Shown here piece after piece: positions 19,534-30,489 of a stretch of 64,000 nucleotides of DNA. The stretch's first letter is position 1; every line of letters begins with the position of its first letter. Position numbers and translations under genes: made by a program. This DNA is from Candidatus Eutrophomonas brisbanensis (GTDB taxonomy: Bacteria > Pseudomonadota > Gammaproteobacteria > Burkholderiales > Eutrophovitaceae). The notes under the pieces were generated by a model. The model was not told the DNA's origin, searched no databases, and saw only the letters and a list, made by a program, of their open reading frames with translations. The stretch covers positions 120,539 to 184,538 of the forward strand of contig JAYQIQ010000004.1 in the NCBI GenBank assembly GCA_038141705.1, written 5' to 3'.

Positions 19534-22096
19534 GTGACTCCAGAACGCGAAAAACACACTCCAATGATGCGCCAATACTTGGGCATAAAAGCGGAGCACA
19601 AAGACAAGTTGTTGTTTTACCGGATGGGGGATTTTTACGAACTATTCTTTAATGATGCAGAGGAAGCGTCGAGGCTTTTAGATATAACTCTAACATCTAG
19701 AGGAAACTCAGCCGGAGAACCCGTTAAGATGGCCGGTATTCCACATCATGCTGCCGAGCAATATCTTTCAAAGTTACTCAAATCCGGAAAATCTGTCGCG
19801 ATCTGTGAGCAGGTCGGAGATGTCTCCGCATCCAAAGGTCCTGTTGAACGAAAAGTCACTCGTATTGTCACCCCAGGAACACTTACAGAAGCCTCTTTAC
19901 TAAACGGTAGAGAGGAGAATATCCTTCTCACCTGCCATATAAGCGAAGAAACATGTGGTTATGCATGGTTATCAATCGCAAGTGGTACCTTTAAAATTCT
20001 GCAGACAGCTTATCGAGACATCTCTGATGAAATTCAAAGAATAAGACCCCGGGAAATTATCGTAAGCGACAAATTTCCGATTGAAAAGTTAAATACGTTG
20101 AATATCCCAATAAATCGCATTGAAAGTTGGCATTACGATTACGACGTAGCTAGAAAAACCCTAGAGGACCACTTTAACGTCAAGAGCCTAAAGTCGTTTG
20201 GATGTGAAGAGCTACATGTAGGAATATCTGCGGCCGGTGCCCTACTCGAGATATGCTCAAAATACCCAAGGTCAAAAACTCAATCATGTTAAAAATATTT
20301 CATCTGAATCAAATGAGGATTGCCTTCAACTTGATCACACGACGAGAAAAAACCTAGAAATTAACGAGACTCTCTCTGGCGAACGATCTCCATCACCTCT
20401 CTCCACGATAGACAACTGCACCTCGCACATGGGCAGTCGATGGTTATCGCACGCAATAAACCACCCATTAAGAAATCACGACGCGATCCGATCACGGCAA
20501 GACTTGATCTCGTGGATGATTGATCCAGATAATCGACGCAGAAGCCAGAGCATTAGAGACTTGATACGAGGCATCTCGGACATTGAAAGAATAAACACAC
20601 GAGTTGCCATGGGCTCAGCAAGACCGCGAGACCTATCGGCACTTCGTGATTCAGTCACGCTTCTGCCGGATCTTCGGGTCGCCCTAACGGGCTGCGACAT
20701 TGGGCTCGCAAAACAAGTCCTCAGCGATCTTAATTGCGATCCAATTCTGAGTGATTACCTTAAAACCGCCATTCTTCCGGAGCCAGCGAGTATCATTGTT
20801 GATGGCGGCGTTATCAACAATGGGTTTGATGAGGAACTAGACAAGCTTCGAGAACTACAGCACAACCATGGCGCCTTCCTCCTCGAACTCGAGGAAAAAG
20901 AACGGGAGCGAACCGGGATCTCAAACTTAAAAGTCGAATTCAATCGAGTCCATGGTTTCTACATTGAGGTTTCAAAACTTAATACAAAAGCGATTCCCGA
21001 GGACTATAGAAGGCGGCAAACGCTCAAGAACGTAGAGCGCTATATTACACCTGAACTAAAAGAGTTCGAGGACAAGGCTCTATCAGCGAAAGATCGCGCC
21101 CTCAGCAGAGAAAAACTTTTGTACGCTCAAGTTCTCGAAGAGGTCAATAGGTTCTATGACATCCTCAAAAAAGCGGCACAGGCTATTGCGATTTTGGATG
21201 CGCTAAGAAGTCTCGCCGAGTTAGCGCAAAGAAACAACTACACGAAACCCACTTTCACCAACGATTTATCAATTCGTATTGAGAAGGGAAGACATCCAGT
21301 TGTAGAAAACTCCCTGACGACATTCGTCCCAAACGATACTGCCCTGAACGATGAAACAAGAATGTTAGTGATAACTGGGCCAAATATGGGCGGCAAGTCA
21401 ACTTATATGAGACAAAATGCACTCATAGTTTTATTGGCTCATATCGGGAGCTTTGTTCCTTGCGAGAGTGCATCCATTGGACGAGTGGACCGCATATTTA
21501 CTCGTATCGGAGCATCAGATAATTTATCTTTAGGACAATCGACTTTTATGGTTGAAATGTCCGAAACGGCAAACATTCTCCATAATGCAACCGAGAAAAG
21601 TTTAGTGTTAATGGATGAGGTTGGGCGCGGCACATCAACCTCCGACGGATTAGCTCTAGCAACATCCATTGCTCGACAACTCATTGAGATTAATAAAAGC
21701 TACTGCCTATTTGCTACACATTACTTTGAACTTACTGAGTTGTCAGATCATCACCCATCGGCGCGAAATGTGCACGTATCTGCAATTGAGCATGACGATA
21801 GGATTGTGTTCTTACACAACGTGCTGGATGGCCCGGCATCCCAAAGCTACGGCATAGAGGTCGCAAAATTAGCAGGGTTACCCAGACAAGTGATTGAAGC
21901 TGCAAAATTAGAGCTCCAACAAATTTGGAGAAATAATGAGCGCTCAAATATTCAACCACATCTTTTTGACAAAAGTAATCAAGAAACCCGGGACAGATTA
22001 AAGGAAAAAATTTCGGTTATTGAACCCGATCAACTGAGTCCCAAGGATGCTTTAGAAATTATCTACGAGTTAAAAAAAATCTCAACGGACATCTAA
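19534..22096 (+). pseudogene. mutS: DNA mismatch repair protein MutS; frameshifted about 240 codons in
   Basis: ORF 19534..20292 ([15 protein letters not shown].., GDFYELFF) and ORF 20237..22096 (Walker A GPNMGGKSTYMRQ, MDEVGRGTST) lie in different frames. They join as [17 protein letters not shown] if one base near 20251 is removed. Confidence 0.9.
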
Positions 22097-22151
22097 CAAC
22101 GTCATCCCAACAGACTTAGAATCTGCAAGTATCACCATGCAGAATAAAAGT

Positions 22152-22403
22152 CTACCCCTCGGTTACCGAATCGCAGACCTCTTTTGTAAACTTGCGTTTT
22201 CCATACATCGTTTCCTTCTCGCAGGCGCAGGCGGATGACCCACCCCCCATGTCTTTGACTGTGCATACGGTCGTATCGTCCTTCACATGACAGCCGCAAG
22301 AACCTTTATCATCCGCGTGACTGCCCGACAAATACATGAAAAAAGTCGATATTAACAAGGCTAATATTGTTGGTGATATCTTCATAAGTATCCGTCCTTT
22401 CAA
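22152..22403 (-). CDS. Hypothetical small secreted Cys-rich protein
   Basis: 83 aa, or 77 aa from Met at 22385. It has a hydrophobic N-terminus and then 6 Cys in about 50 residues (GSCGCH..VCTV..ACACE..VCD). No recognisable family. Confidence 0.35.
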   Translation of the reverse strand: MKGRILMKISPTILALLISTFFMYLSGSHADDKGSCGCHVKDDTTVCTVKDMGGGSSACACEKETMYGKRKFTKEVCDSVTEG

Positions 22404-22411
22404 TATTAAAA

Positions 22412-23440
22412 TTAGATACCTCTTTTTCCCTTAATTTCAGTGGAGAGTTGAAAAACCGCCATTGCGTAATTTTGGCTGGGATTGTATCGAGTAATCGAAT
22501 AAAAATTTTGGAACGTTACCCAGTATTCATTACCATCAATCGCCGCAAGAGATATGAGAGCTACTTTTTCCTTTGAATCGATATCCGGAACTGAAAGCCC
22601 GACATCCTGTAAATCTTTTATTACCAACCTTGGCTTGCTGGACCCCACAAGAGTTTCGACTTTCTCGTTGCCCTCAGGTATAGATACGAGCGACGCAATG
22701 TTTCCATGGGCGGCCCAACCAAAGCGCGCAAGATAGTTCGCGACACTCCCAACTGCGTCAGCGACGCTTTGCCCCAAATCCGCGCGGCCATCTCCATCAA
22801 AATCAATTGCATACTCTCGATAGCTAGACGGCATAAATTGAGCAATGCCTAAAGCCCCGGCGAAGGATCCACGCACCTCGAGTGGATCCAACTGATTATC
22901 ACGCGCCATCAAGATAAACTGTTCTAACTCAGAGAGAAAATATTTGTTTCTCCGCTCTCCATAGAACCCGAGTGTAAACAAAGCATCGAGGACTCGATGC
23001 GTACCCGTGAAAGAACCGTAATTCGTTTCAACCCCTATAAGAGCAACAATAATTTCCTGGGGAACACCGTACTTCTCTGTCGCTTGATCCAAAACCGCTT
23101 GGTTAGCAGACCAAAACTTTACCCCTTCCTCTATCCGGTAATCAGTTACATATCGCTCGCGGAAATAATGCCATGGCCTAGAAGTCGCGGGCCTTTTGAA
23201 GGCATCTAAGATACTCTGCTGCTTTTCTGCTGACGAGATGATAGTGGCGAGATATTCCTCTTCTAAACCATGCTTACTAGCCACCTCACGAACAAACTTT
23301 TGTATATTTTCGATATCGTCGTCGGTCTTCCCGAAATTTATCCCGAGGCAAAACAGCGTAACCGAGAGAAAAACCCGTACTAACAAATGATTCTTACGTC
23401 TCAACGATATAACCTTTGAGTAGGAGGTAAAAGCCCTCAC
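22412..23440 (-). CDS. mltB: Lytic murein transglycosylase B family
   Basis: 342 aa with VETNYG, SFAGALGIAQFMPSSY and DFDGDGRADL, typical of MltB. Confidence 0.85.
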   Translation of the reverse strand: MRAFTSYSKVISLRRKNHLLVRVFLSVTLFCLGINFGKTDDDIENIQKFVREVASKHGLEEEYLATIISSAEKQQSILDAFKRPATSRPWHYFRERYVTDYRIEEGVKFWSANQAVLDQATEKYGVPQEIIVALIGVETNYGSFTGTHRVLDALFTLGFYGERRNKYFLSELEQFILMARDNQLDPLEVRGSFAGALGIAQFMPSSYREYAIDFDGDGRADLGQSVADAVGSVANYLARFGWAAHGNIASLVSIPEGNEKVETLVGSSKPRLVIKDLQDVGLSVPDIDSKEKVALISLAAIDGNEYWVTFQNFYSITRYNPSQNYAMAVFQLSTEIKGKRGI

Positions 23441-24677
23441 TTTACGCGGCGATCAATCACCAAGTCAACCGTCGAACCGAGACTTATTCTCTTCACTTCA
23501 CCCACGAGGTCTCCGGTCGCCTCAATCGCATTACCGCTTTTTGACACTCTCGCACCCACTAGTACTGAACCAAATTCAGATAATTTACGACTTTGCTGCA
23601 AAGACTCGTTATCACCGATTGAAAATTCGAATGGCAAATCTTTGACTTCTACCTTTAATGCCGCAATTGGCATCGGCGGTCCATCAACTGCTCGGACGAA
23701 AATGAATACCGATTCGGTGGGCAACACCAAATCTCGAACCCCCTCATCCAGTCTCAGACGACCAGTAATTAATGCCTGCGAGGTCTGCCCGGATTCTGAT
23801 ATTTTTGGTAACGCGCCACTATCAGCTGCGACTGTTTTGCCTAACCGGCGCGAGGCCTCAGCCACCCCTCCTTCAGTGTTGAAACTAGATCATCATCATC
23901 GCGCACTAAACTTGCCAGAAGCGACCATCGCTCAATAGCTGTCTCGTAGTCTGCGTTGGCAAATGCAATAGATCCACCCAGTGCCAAACCTTTTACATTA
24001 TTCGGATCGTAGCCCAAGGCTCGATCAATCAACTGCCCAGGCTCGTGATCTTTCATATCGACCAAAGCTAACGCCTCTGCATAATCTACAAGTAAATTCG
24101 CATCATCAGGTGACAATTCATAAGCCTGTTTCCAGGCCGAAACAGACTCATCAAAACGCCCCAATCCCTTGAGAGTTCGACCTAACATCACCCAACCTTC
24201 GACATCGGACGGATCATCTTTGAGGTGCGACCGAATTTTTATAAGAATTTCTTCTAACTGCTCGGGGGTCAGATGCTCTTTTTGATTCTCAACGAGCTCA
24301 GCAACATTCTGCGCTTCGGGTTGGCCAATTTTAAGATAAAGCCCGAGACTACCAATGGGAACCATCACAAAAATCAATCCAGCTGCAACGAATCGATCCA
24401 TCTTTGAGTTAGCCGCCGCCTGGGTTTTATGCTCCCCTATTTCATCCCTTTGCGCCCTGAGTTCTAGCTCGACCATCTCCTCTTCGTACGCAGTACGATC
24501 AATATCCCCATTTTGAAATCGGCGTTCGATGACCTCATAATCCCCCCGAAGGATATCCAAGTTACTACGACCTCTGGATCTGCCGATTTGCCCAACTTTG
24601 AACTTAAAGATCACAAGACCAAGAAAACCGATGACGAGTAGGAGAACGGCTCCAATAAAAAAGGACAGTACCGTCAT
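23437..24677 (-). pseudogene. ccmI: Cytochrome c-type biogenesis protein CcmI/CycH (TM + TPR); frameshifted
   Basis: ORF 23841..24677 covers the N-terminal TM segments and TPR repeats. ORF 23437..23865 covers the C-terminal domain. The frames differ, and the switch most simply falls in the C4 run at 23865-23868 (..STLKEG-VAEASRRLGK..). Confidence 0.8.
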
Positions 24678-25144
24678 AGCTGATCCTTATCACCGCGCAA
24701 TAATGCTCTCAAATCCTCACGATCAGCAGAATTAAGAGCAGAATCCGGCTCCGCGCGCCTCTTCAGTTGGTTACTTACCAAAAAAGCAATCGCTAGTGCT
24801 AACAAAAGAAACGGCCCAAACCAGAGAGCCCAGGTTCTCTCCTTCACCGGAGGATCGTACAAAACGAAGTCACCGTATCTCTCGACCATATACTGCTTGA
24901 TCTCTTGCTCAGACTTTCCTTGGCGAAGCATTCGTGATACCTGATTACGCAAATCAACCGCTAAACTAGCATTCGAGTCAGCGATTGTTTGGTTTTGACA
25001 GACCAAACACCGCAGCTCCGCACTGATGCTCTTAACTTTTTCCTGAAAGTCCGCACTCAACTCCGATGACTGCTCAGCAGTGGAGAGAAATGACAGGCTG
25101 AGAAAAAATGAATATGCCGTAAATAGGAAAAATTTTTTGATCAC
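24674..25144 (-). CDS. ccmH: Cytochrome c-type biogenesis protein CcmH
   Basis: 156 aa with a signal peptide and the LRCLVCQNQTIADS motif. Confidence 0.9.
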   Translation of the reverse strand: MIKKFFLFTAYSFFLSLSFLSTAEQSSELSADFQEKVKSISAELRCLVCQNQTIADSNASLAVDLRNQVSRMLRQGKSEQEIKQYMVERYGDFVLYDPPVKERTWALWFGPFLLLALAIAFLVSNQLKRRAEPDSALNSADREDLRALLRGDKDQL

Positions 25145-25662
25145 TGCAAACTCTCGACTAATGGCAATAATTCATCTTGTATATCGATGGAACTCAAAGG
25201 TCCTATTTTTTTGTATCGGATAACCCCGCTCTTATCAATCAAAAACGTTTCTGGCACACCGTAGACCCCGAAATCCATTCCTACCAGACCATCTATATCC
25301 ACCGCGACAGCTGAGTATGGATTTCCATGCTTACCCAACCAATCTGCAGCACTTTGAAAGCCGTCTTTATAGTTTAGGCCCACGACTATCACTCGATTCT
25401 GGGAAGCAAGCTCCATGAGCATTGGATGCTCATCCAAACATGGGGTACACCATGACGCAAAAACATTTAACACCCAGACTTTCCCATCAAACGTTTTCGA
25501 GGTCACTGCCGAATTTTCTTTCTCCAATTTCGGTAAAGAAAACTCAGGTATCGACTTCCCGATTAAAGGTGAAGGCACTTCCCGAGGATTCAGAAAAAGC
25601 CCTCTCCACAAAAATATGGCGACCAGGACGAAAATGGCGAGAGGAAGAAGATATTTTCGCAA
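25141..25662 (-). CDS. ccmG: Thiol:disulfide oxidoreductase CcmG/DsbE
   Basis: 173 aa with a thioredoxin fold, active site WCTPC and the GVYGVPETF block. Confidence 0.9.
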   Translation of the reverse strand: MRKYLLPLAIFVLVAIFLWRGLFLNPREVPSPLIGKSIPEFSLPKLEKENSAVTSKTFDGKVWVLNVFASWCTPCLDEHPMLMELASQNRVIVVGLNYKDGFQSAADWLGKHGNPYSAVAVDIDGLVGMDFGVYGVPETFLIDKSGVIRYKKIGPLSSIDIQDELLPLVESLQ

Positions 25663-25699
25663 TTAAATTCCCTATGAAATATTTATCAACACATATAGA

Positions 25700-27679
25700 T
25701 CAAGAACTGATGGCTACCTGATTTGGCGCCGACCTCCTCTTGGACCGGTACTTTTTATCAGAAATCGCCAATAGACCACCAAGCGCCATCAAGAACGCCC
25801 CTCCCCAAATCCAGTCAACAAATGGTTTTAAGTAAACCCTAACGACCCAGGAGCCATCCTCTAACGCCTCACCAAGGGAAACGTAGAGATCTCTAAATAA
25901 TCCTGTATCTATCGCGGCTTCAGTCATTGGCATACGCTGAACATGATAAAAACGCTTCTCAGGATAAAGAGTAGACACAAGCTTTCCATCATCACCATGA
26001 ACAAAAACCGTCCCCTTGACCCCATTGTAATTTGGACCAATTAGGTCATCCAATGAGGCCAGACTAAATCTGTAACCGCTCAACTCGACAGACCCCCCTA
26101 CCGCGAGTTTTACGTCACGCTCCTCCTCATAGCCCTTTACTAGGGTGACGCCAAAAATGAAAACTGCCACACCTAGGTGAGCAACGAGCATTCCATAGTA
26201 AGACCTAGGCAGAGAATTAATAACTTGAAAAATAGTTCTCTCAGATCCCATTCTCAGTCTTCGGATCTGCTCGAGTAGATTCACGAGACCCGACACCACA
26301 ATCCAGAAACCCAGCAACAAGCCAATCGATACAAATACCGACCAACTACCCATCACCATCGGAACAATAATTGCCGAAACAAGCGAAATCGCAAAAGCCC
26401 ACTTGAGCTTTGTTGCAAGCTCTAAAGTTTTAGCATTCTTCCAACGCAATACCGGTCCAATACCCATCAGAAACATGGCTGGCGCCATCAGCGGAAAAAA
26501 AATGGCATCAAAGTAAGGGGGGCCCACCGATATCTTACCTAGTCCCATCGCATCTAAAAAAAGTGGATATAACGTACCAAGTAGGACCGATGCCGCAGCG
26601 ACCACCAAAAGCACATTGTTTGCCAATAAAGCCGATTCTCGCGAGATAAAGTTGAAGTTTCCACCCAATCCCACTTTAGGTGCTCGCCAAGCAAATAAGA
26701 GCAGAGACGCCCCTATCACTACAATTAAGAACCCTAGGATAAATACACCTCTCTCTGGATCCGTAGCGAATGCATGGACCGACGTCAACACCCCTGAACG
26801 AACAAGAAAGGTTCCAAGTAACGAAAGCGAAAAAGTAATTATCGATAGCAGCACGGTCCAAATTTTGAAACTTCCGCGTTTTTCTGTCACAGATAATGAA
26901 TGAATCAGCGCAGTTCCACACAGCCACGGCATGAAAGATGCATTCTCTACTGGGTCCCAAAACCACCAACCACCCCAGCCTAGTTCGTAATACGCCCACC
27001 AACTACCTAACGCAATACCAACAGTTAAGAAACACCAAGCCGCTGTTGTCCAAGGGCGCGACCATCGAGCCCAGGTCGAGTCGAGTTTTCCGCTAATCAA
27101 AGCCCCAATCGCAAATGCAAAAACTACCGAAAAACCCACATAGCCCATATAAAGCATTGGCGGGTGTATCACAATCCCCGGATCTTGTAACAACGGATTT
27201 AAATCCCGCCCATCGGCTGCTGGCGGCAGCAATCTATCGAACGGGTTGGAAGTCAGTAGCATGAATAAATAAAAACCAATCGCAATTGCCGACATCACAC
27301 CCAAAATTAGGGAGCGCATCTCATCTGGCATTTGCTTACTAAATAAAGAGACCGCCGACATCCAACCGCTAAGCATTAGCACCCATAAGAGCAAAGACCC
27401 CTCGTGGCTTCCCCAACTCGCCGCAAGCTTATAGGGCCAAGGCAATTGGCTATTGGAGTTGGATGCGACATTTAAGACAGAAAAATCATCGACCAAAAAA
27501 GAGGTCGCGAGACAACAAAAACCCGCCAGCGTAAGCAAGAAAATTACGTAGGAGCTATACCTCGGGAAAGCAATCAGGCGAGAACTCGAACGAACCGCCC
27601 CTCCGAAACAGATTAACGTCTGCGCAATGGAGACCCAGAGTGCAAGGATGATTAAAAAGTGCCCTATTTCTGGGATCAA
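25700..27679 (-). CDS. ccmF: Cytochrome c heme lyase subunit CcmF
   Basis: 659 aa polytopic membrane protein with the WWxWDPVENASFMPW tryptophan-rich motif. Confidence 0.95.
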   Translation of the reverse strand: MIPEIGHFLIILALWVSIAQTLICFGGAVRSSSRLIAFPRYSSYVIFLLTLAGFCCLATSFLVDDFSVLNVASNSNSQLPWPYKLAASWGSHEGSLLLWVLMLSGWMSAVSLFSKQMPDEMRSLILGVMSAIAIGFYLFMLLTSNPFDRLLPPAADGRDLNPLLQDPGIVIHPPMLYMGYVGFSVVFAFAIGALISGKLDSTWARWSRPWTTAAWCFLTVGIALGSWWAYYELGWGGWWFWDPVENASFMPWLCGTALIHSLSVTEKRGSFKIWTVLLSIITFSLSLLGTFLVRSGVLTSVHAFATDPERGVFILGFLIVVIGASLLLFAWRAPKVGLGGNFNFISRESALLANNVLLVVAAASVLLGTLYPLFLDAMGLGKISVGPPYFDAIFFPLMAPAMFLMGIGPVLRWKNAKTLELATKLKWAFAISLVSAIIVPMVMGSWSVFVSIGLLLGFWIVVSGLVNLLEQIRRLRMGSERTIFQVINSLPRSYYGMLVAHLGVAVFIFGVTLVKGYEEERDVKLAVGGSVELSGYRFSLASLDDLIGPNYNGVKGTVFVHGDDGKLVSTLYPEKRFYHVQRMPMTEAAIDTGLFRDLYVSLGEALEDGSWVVRVYLKPFVDWIWGGAFLMALGGLLAISDKKYRSKRRSAPNQVAISS

Positions 27680-27705
27680 AAATACCTCCTCAAAGCCATA
27701 AACCG

Positions 27706-28146
27706 TTATTCACTTGCCTTCAGCTCGCGAGCACGCTTGAGCGCTTCGGCAGCTTCGGGTGGCATATAATTCTCGTCGTGCTTAGCGAGCACTTGATCCG
27801 CAATGAACGATCCATTCTCGATTAATCTACCCTGCGCAACCACTCCCTTGCCCTCCCGAAATAAATCTGGAAGTATTCCCTCATAGGTGACATCGATCGC
27901 ATGGATAGTGTCTGTGACAGAGAAAGAAACACTCACCCCATCCTGTTTTCTTTGTAAGCTTCCGTCCACAACCATGCCGCCAATCCTAAAAGCTCTCGCA
28001 ACCGGAACCTTTCCTTCAACAACTTCCGTGGGAGTATAAAAAAATACGAGGTTGCTCTTGAAAGCATTCAGAACAAGGAGCGCCGCTACGGACACTAGAG
28101 CTAGCACAGCGATGATCAGCAATAAGCGCTTTTGCCTTGGTTTCAT
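27706..28146 (-). CDS. ccmE: Heme chaperone CcmE
   Basis: 146 aa with an N-terminal anchor, an OB-fold and the heme-binding LAKHDENYMPPE. Confidence 0.95.
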   Translation of the reverse strand: MKPRQKRLLLIIAVLALVSVAALLVLNAFKSNLVFFYTPTEVVEGKVPVARAFRIGGMVVDGSLQRKQDGVSVSFSVTDTIHAIDVTYEGILPDLFREGKGVVAQGRLIENGSFIADQVLAKHDENYMPPEAAEALKRARELKASE

Positions 28147-28205
28147 TTATCTAATTGTTTGAAAATATCAGAGGAATACGACCAGAAACAGTCCATGGAG
28201 TTCGC

Positions 28206-28328
28206 TCACGGTTCGCGCAAACTAAATGTTTCAATCGCGATAGCGAAAAGCGTTACTAGGTATGAACCCCAAACATATAGCCCATAGCCGCCCATATCAA
28301 TAAAATTCTGCAAAGAACCCCAATCCAT
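28206..28328 (-). CDS. ccmD: Heme exporter protein CcmD (small; below the ORF-track length cutoff)
   Basis: ATG at 28326-28328 gives MDWGSLQNFIDMGGYGLYVWGSYLVTLFAIAIETFSLREP*, with the CcmD hallmark MGGYxxYVW plus one TM segment. The same frame continues past this TGA for 20 more codons to a TGA at 28143-28145 that overlaps the ccmE ATG. Confidence 0.6.
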   Translation of the reverse strand: MDWGSLQNFIDMGGYGLYVWGSYLVTLFAIAIETFSLREP

Positions 28329-28367
28329 AACTTGATCTCCTCTACCTCAAAAGTCGAACGAGAGAAT

Positions 28368-29084
28368 TCAATTGTTCAACCAACCAGAATTACGCTCACG
28401 GTCTCGAATAATTTTTCTGACTCGCAACATCGAGACGGCGATCGAATACATCCAAAAACTGAGTGCCATCAAGAGCATTCCGAGCAGCATATCGCTGGCC
28501 ATACTGGGAGCTTTAGTAAGTGATACCGAGGCACCTTGGTGTAACGTGTTCCACCATTTTACCGAGAAGTAAATAATGGGAACGTTAACAACACCTACAA
28601 TGGCGAGGATCGCCGACGCTTTATCTGCTCGCCTCGGATCTTCTATCGATGCCCTGAGCGCCATGAAGCCTACATAAAGAAACAATAGAACCAGCTCAGA
28701 GGTTAATCGAGCATCCCATACCCACCAAGTACCCCAAGTAGGCCTGCCCCAAAACGCTCCAGTCCACAGAGCTAAAAAAGTCATAAGAGCCCCTGTCGGA
28801 GCAAGTGCCTGCGCCAACATCGACGACAAACGCGTGTTTAATATCAAACCTACCGCAGCCCAAAAAGCCATAACTACATATATGAACATGGACATCCACG
28901 CTGCTGGAACGTGAATAAAAATGATTCGATAAGCTTCACCTTGCTGGTGATCCGTTGGCGCTACGAAAAATCCAATATAAAGACCCGGTATACCAAAACA
29001 TATCGCTAAAACAAAAAATACAGCTGCTATTTTTTTCGCGGCTGGGTAAAAATTTTGAGGAGTTGAGTATTTCCAAAAACGCAT
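28368..29084 (-). CDS. ccmC: Heme exporter protein CcmC
   Basis: Track ORF 28368..29150. The likely start is Met 29084 (MRFWKYSTPQNFY). The WGRPTWGTWWVWDARLTS tryptophan-rich motif is present. Confidence 0.9.
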   Translation of the reverse strand: MRFWKYSTPQNFYPAAKKIAAVFFVLAICFGIPGLYIGFFVAPTDHQQGEAYRIIFIHVPAAWMSMFIYVVMAFWAAVGLILNTRLSSMLAQALAPTGALMTFLALWTGAFWGRPTWGTWWVWDARLTSELVLLFLYVGFMALRASIEDPRRADKASAILAIVGVVNVPIIYFSVKWWNTLHQGASVSLTKAPSMASDMLLGMLLMALSFWMYSIAVSMLRVRKIIRDRERNSGWLNN

Positions 29085-29182
29085 AAAGTGTAGAAGCTGC
29101 AAAGTTTGCGAACAGATCAAAGCGGTACGATCTCCCCCCAAAGAACACACTGACTGTTGGGAATCTAATCGCTAGGCAGCCG

Positions 29183-29857
29183 TTATTCTAAAGCAATTTT
29201 CAAGGCAGCCGAGGTCGCGAGAGGGCACAAAGCTAGAGAGAGACAGAGGAACGCAAGCAAGATCGAGAAATGGCCGATTGTCTCCATCCCCTGTAAACTG
29301 GCAACAGTGCCTCCAACCCCAAAGATTAATACTGGAATATAAAGGGGAAGAATGAGAAGCGCAGTTAATGCCGCCCCGCTTCGCACCCCAAGCGTTAACG
29401 CAGCACCGACCGACCCTAGTAAGGAGAGCACTGGAGTACCAATTAAAAGAGTAAGCGCCATTATCCATGAAGCCTCAGCGCTAAGACCGAACTGCATACC
29501 AACGAAAGGCGACAAAATAACGATTGGCAAGGTCGTAATTAGCCAGTGTGCAAAAATTTTTGAAACCACAACCAGCACTAATGGCTCCCCCGACAAAAGA
29601 AATTGTTCTAGAGAACCATCAATAAAATCACTCTCAAACATCCGATGGAGTGCTAACAAAGACGAGAGCAACGCCGCTACCCAAACCACACCAGGCCCCA
29701 CCGTTCTTAAGCTGCCAAGTATCAGGGCCAACAGCAAATGGGAATAATGAGGCAACAATCAAAAAAAGAAAAATATCGTTGCAATATCAGTTTTTTGCGT
29801 CAGTGAAATCTTAAATTCACGAAGCAAAACAGCCAAAAATAATGATCGCGAGCGCAT
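29183..29857 (-). pseudogene. ccmB: Heme exporter protein CcmB; two frame interruptions in the N-terminal third
   Basis: ATG 29855-29857 gives MRSRSLFLAVLLREFKISLTQKTDIATIFFFF*. The next frame reads LIVASLFPFAVGPD.. and the track ORF frame (29183..29758) reads ..LRTVGPGVVWVAALLSSLLAL. The switches are at the A7 run 29761-29767 and at about 29716-29724. Confidence 0.8.
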
Positions 29858-29859
29858 AG

Positions 29860-30475
29860 TCAGTTCATAGTCAAGATTTTTGGTCTGACAGCCAGACCGA
29901 TATCTTGATGCGTCGTATAAATCAATAAACCGCCATTGGAAACGTGTTCTGAGAGCGCAGCACTTAAAGACTCTGTAGAACTTTTATCGAGCGACACAAA
30001 AGGTTCATCAAGAATCCAGATAGGCCTTTCACGTGAGATCCGTAATCGAGCAAGCGCCACCCGCTTACGTTGACCAGCAGAAAGTCTACTTACCGGTACT
30101 GATAACTTCGAATGCAGATCTTGTTCGTATAAGAGCCTCACGGATGGTAGCTACATCAGAGTCAATACCCATAACGGACAGAGAAGCAATCAAATTTTCT
30201 TCCGCCGTCAGATTTCCTTTAAGCGCATCAAAGTGACCGAGGTAATTTACTAAACACGAATAGTCGTGTCCGAGAGTCCGGATGTCTTTATTCGCCCATT
30301 GAACTTCACCGGCATCAGGACGAGAAAAACCACACAGGATCCGTAATAGCGTAGTCTTCCCCGAGCCGTTCACTCCATTTACAAGGAGCGCTTCTCCCTC
30401 TTCTAAACTAAAACTCAAATCCTCAAAAAGTTTTTTATAACCACGCGTACTCGTGACCGACTTGAGTTCTAACAC
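29860..30475 (-). pseudogene. ccmA: Heme exporter ATPase CcmA; frameshifted
   Basis: ORF 30086..30475 has Walker A GVNGSGKTTLLR. ORF 29860..30141 has LSAGQRKRVALARL and ILDEPF. They join as ..TIREAL-YEQDL.. if one base near 30130 is removed. Confidence 0.85.
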
Positions 30476-30489
30476 TTTCGAAAAAACCT

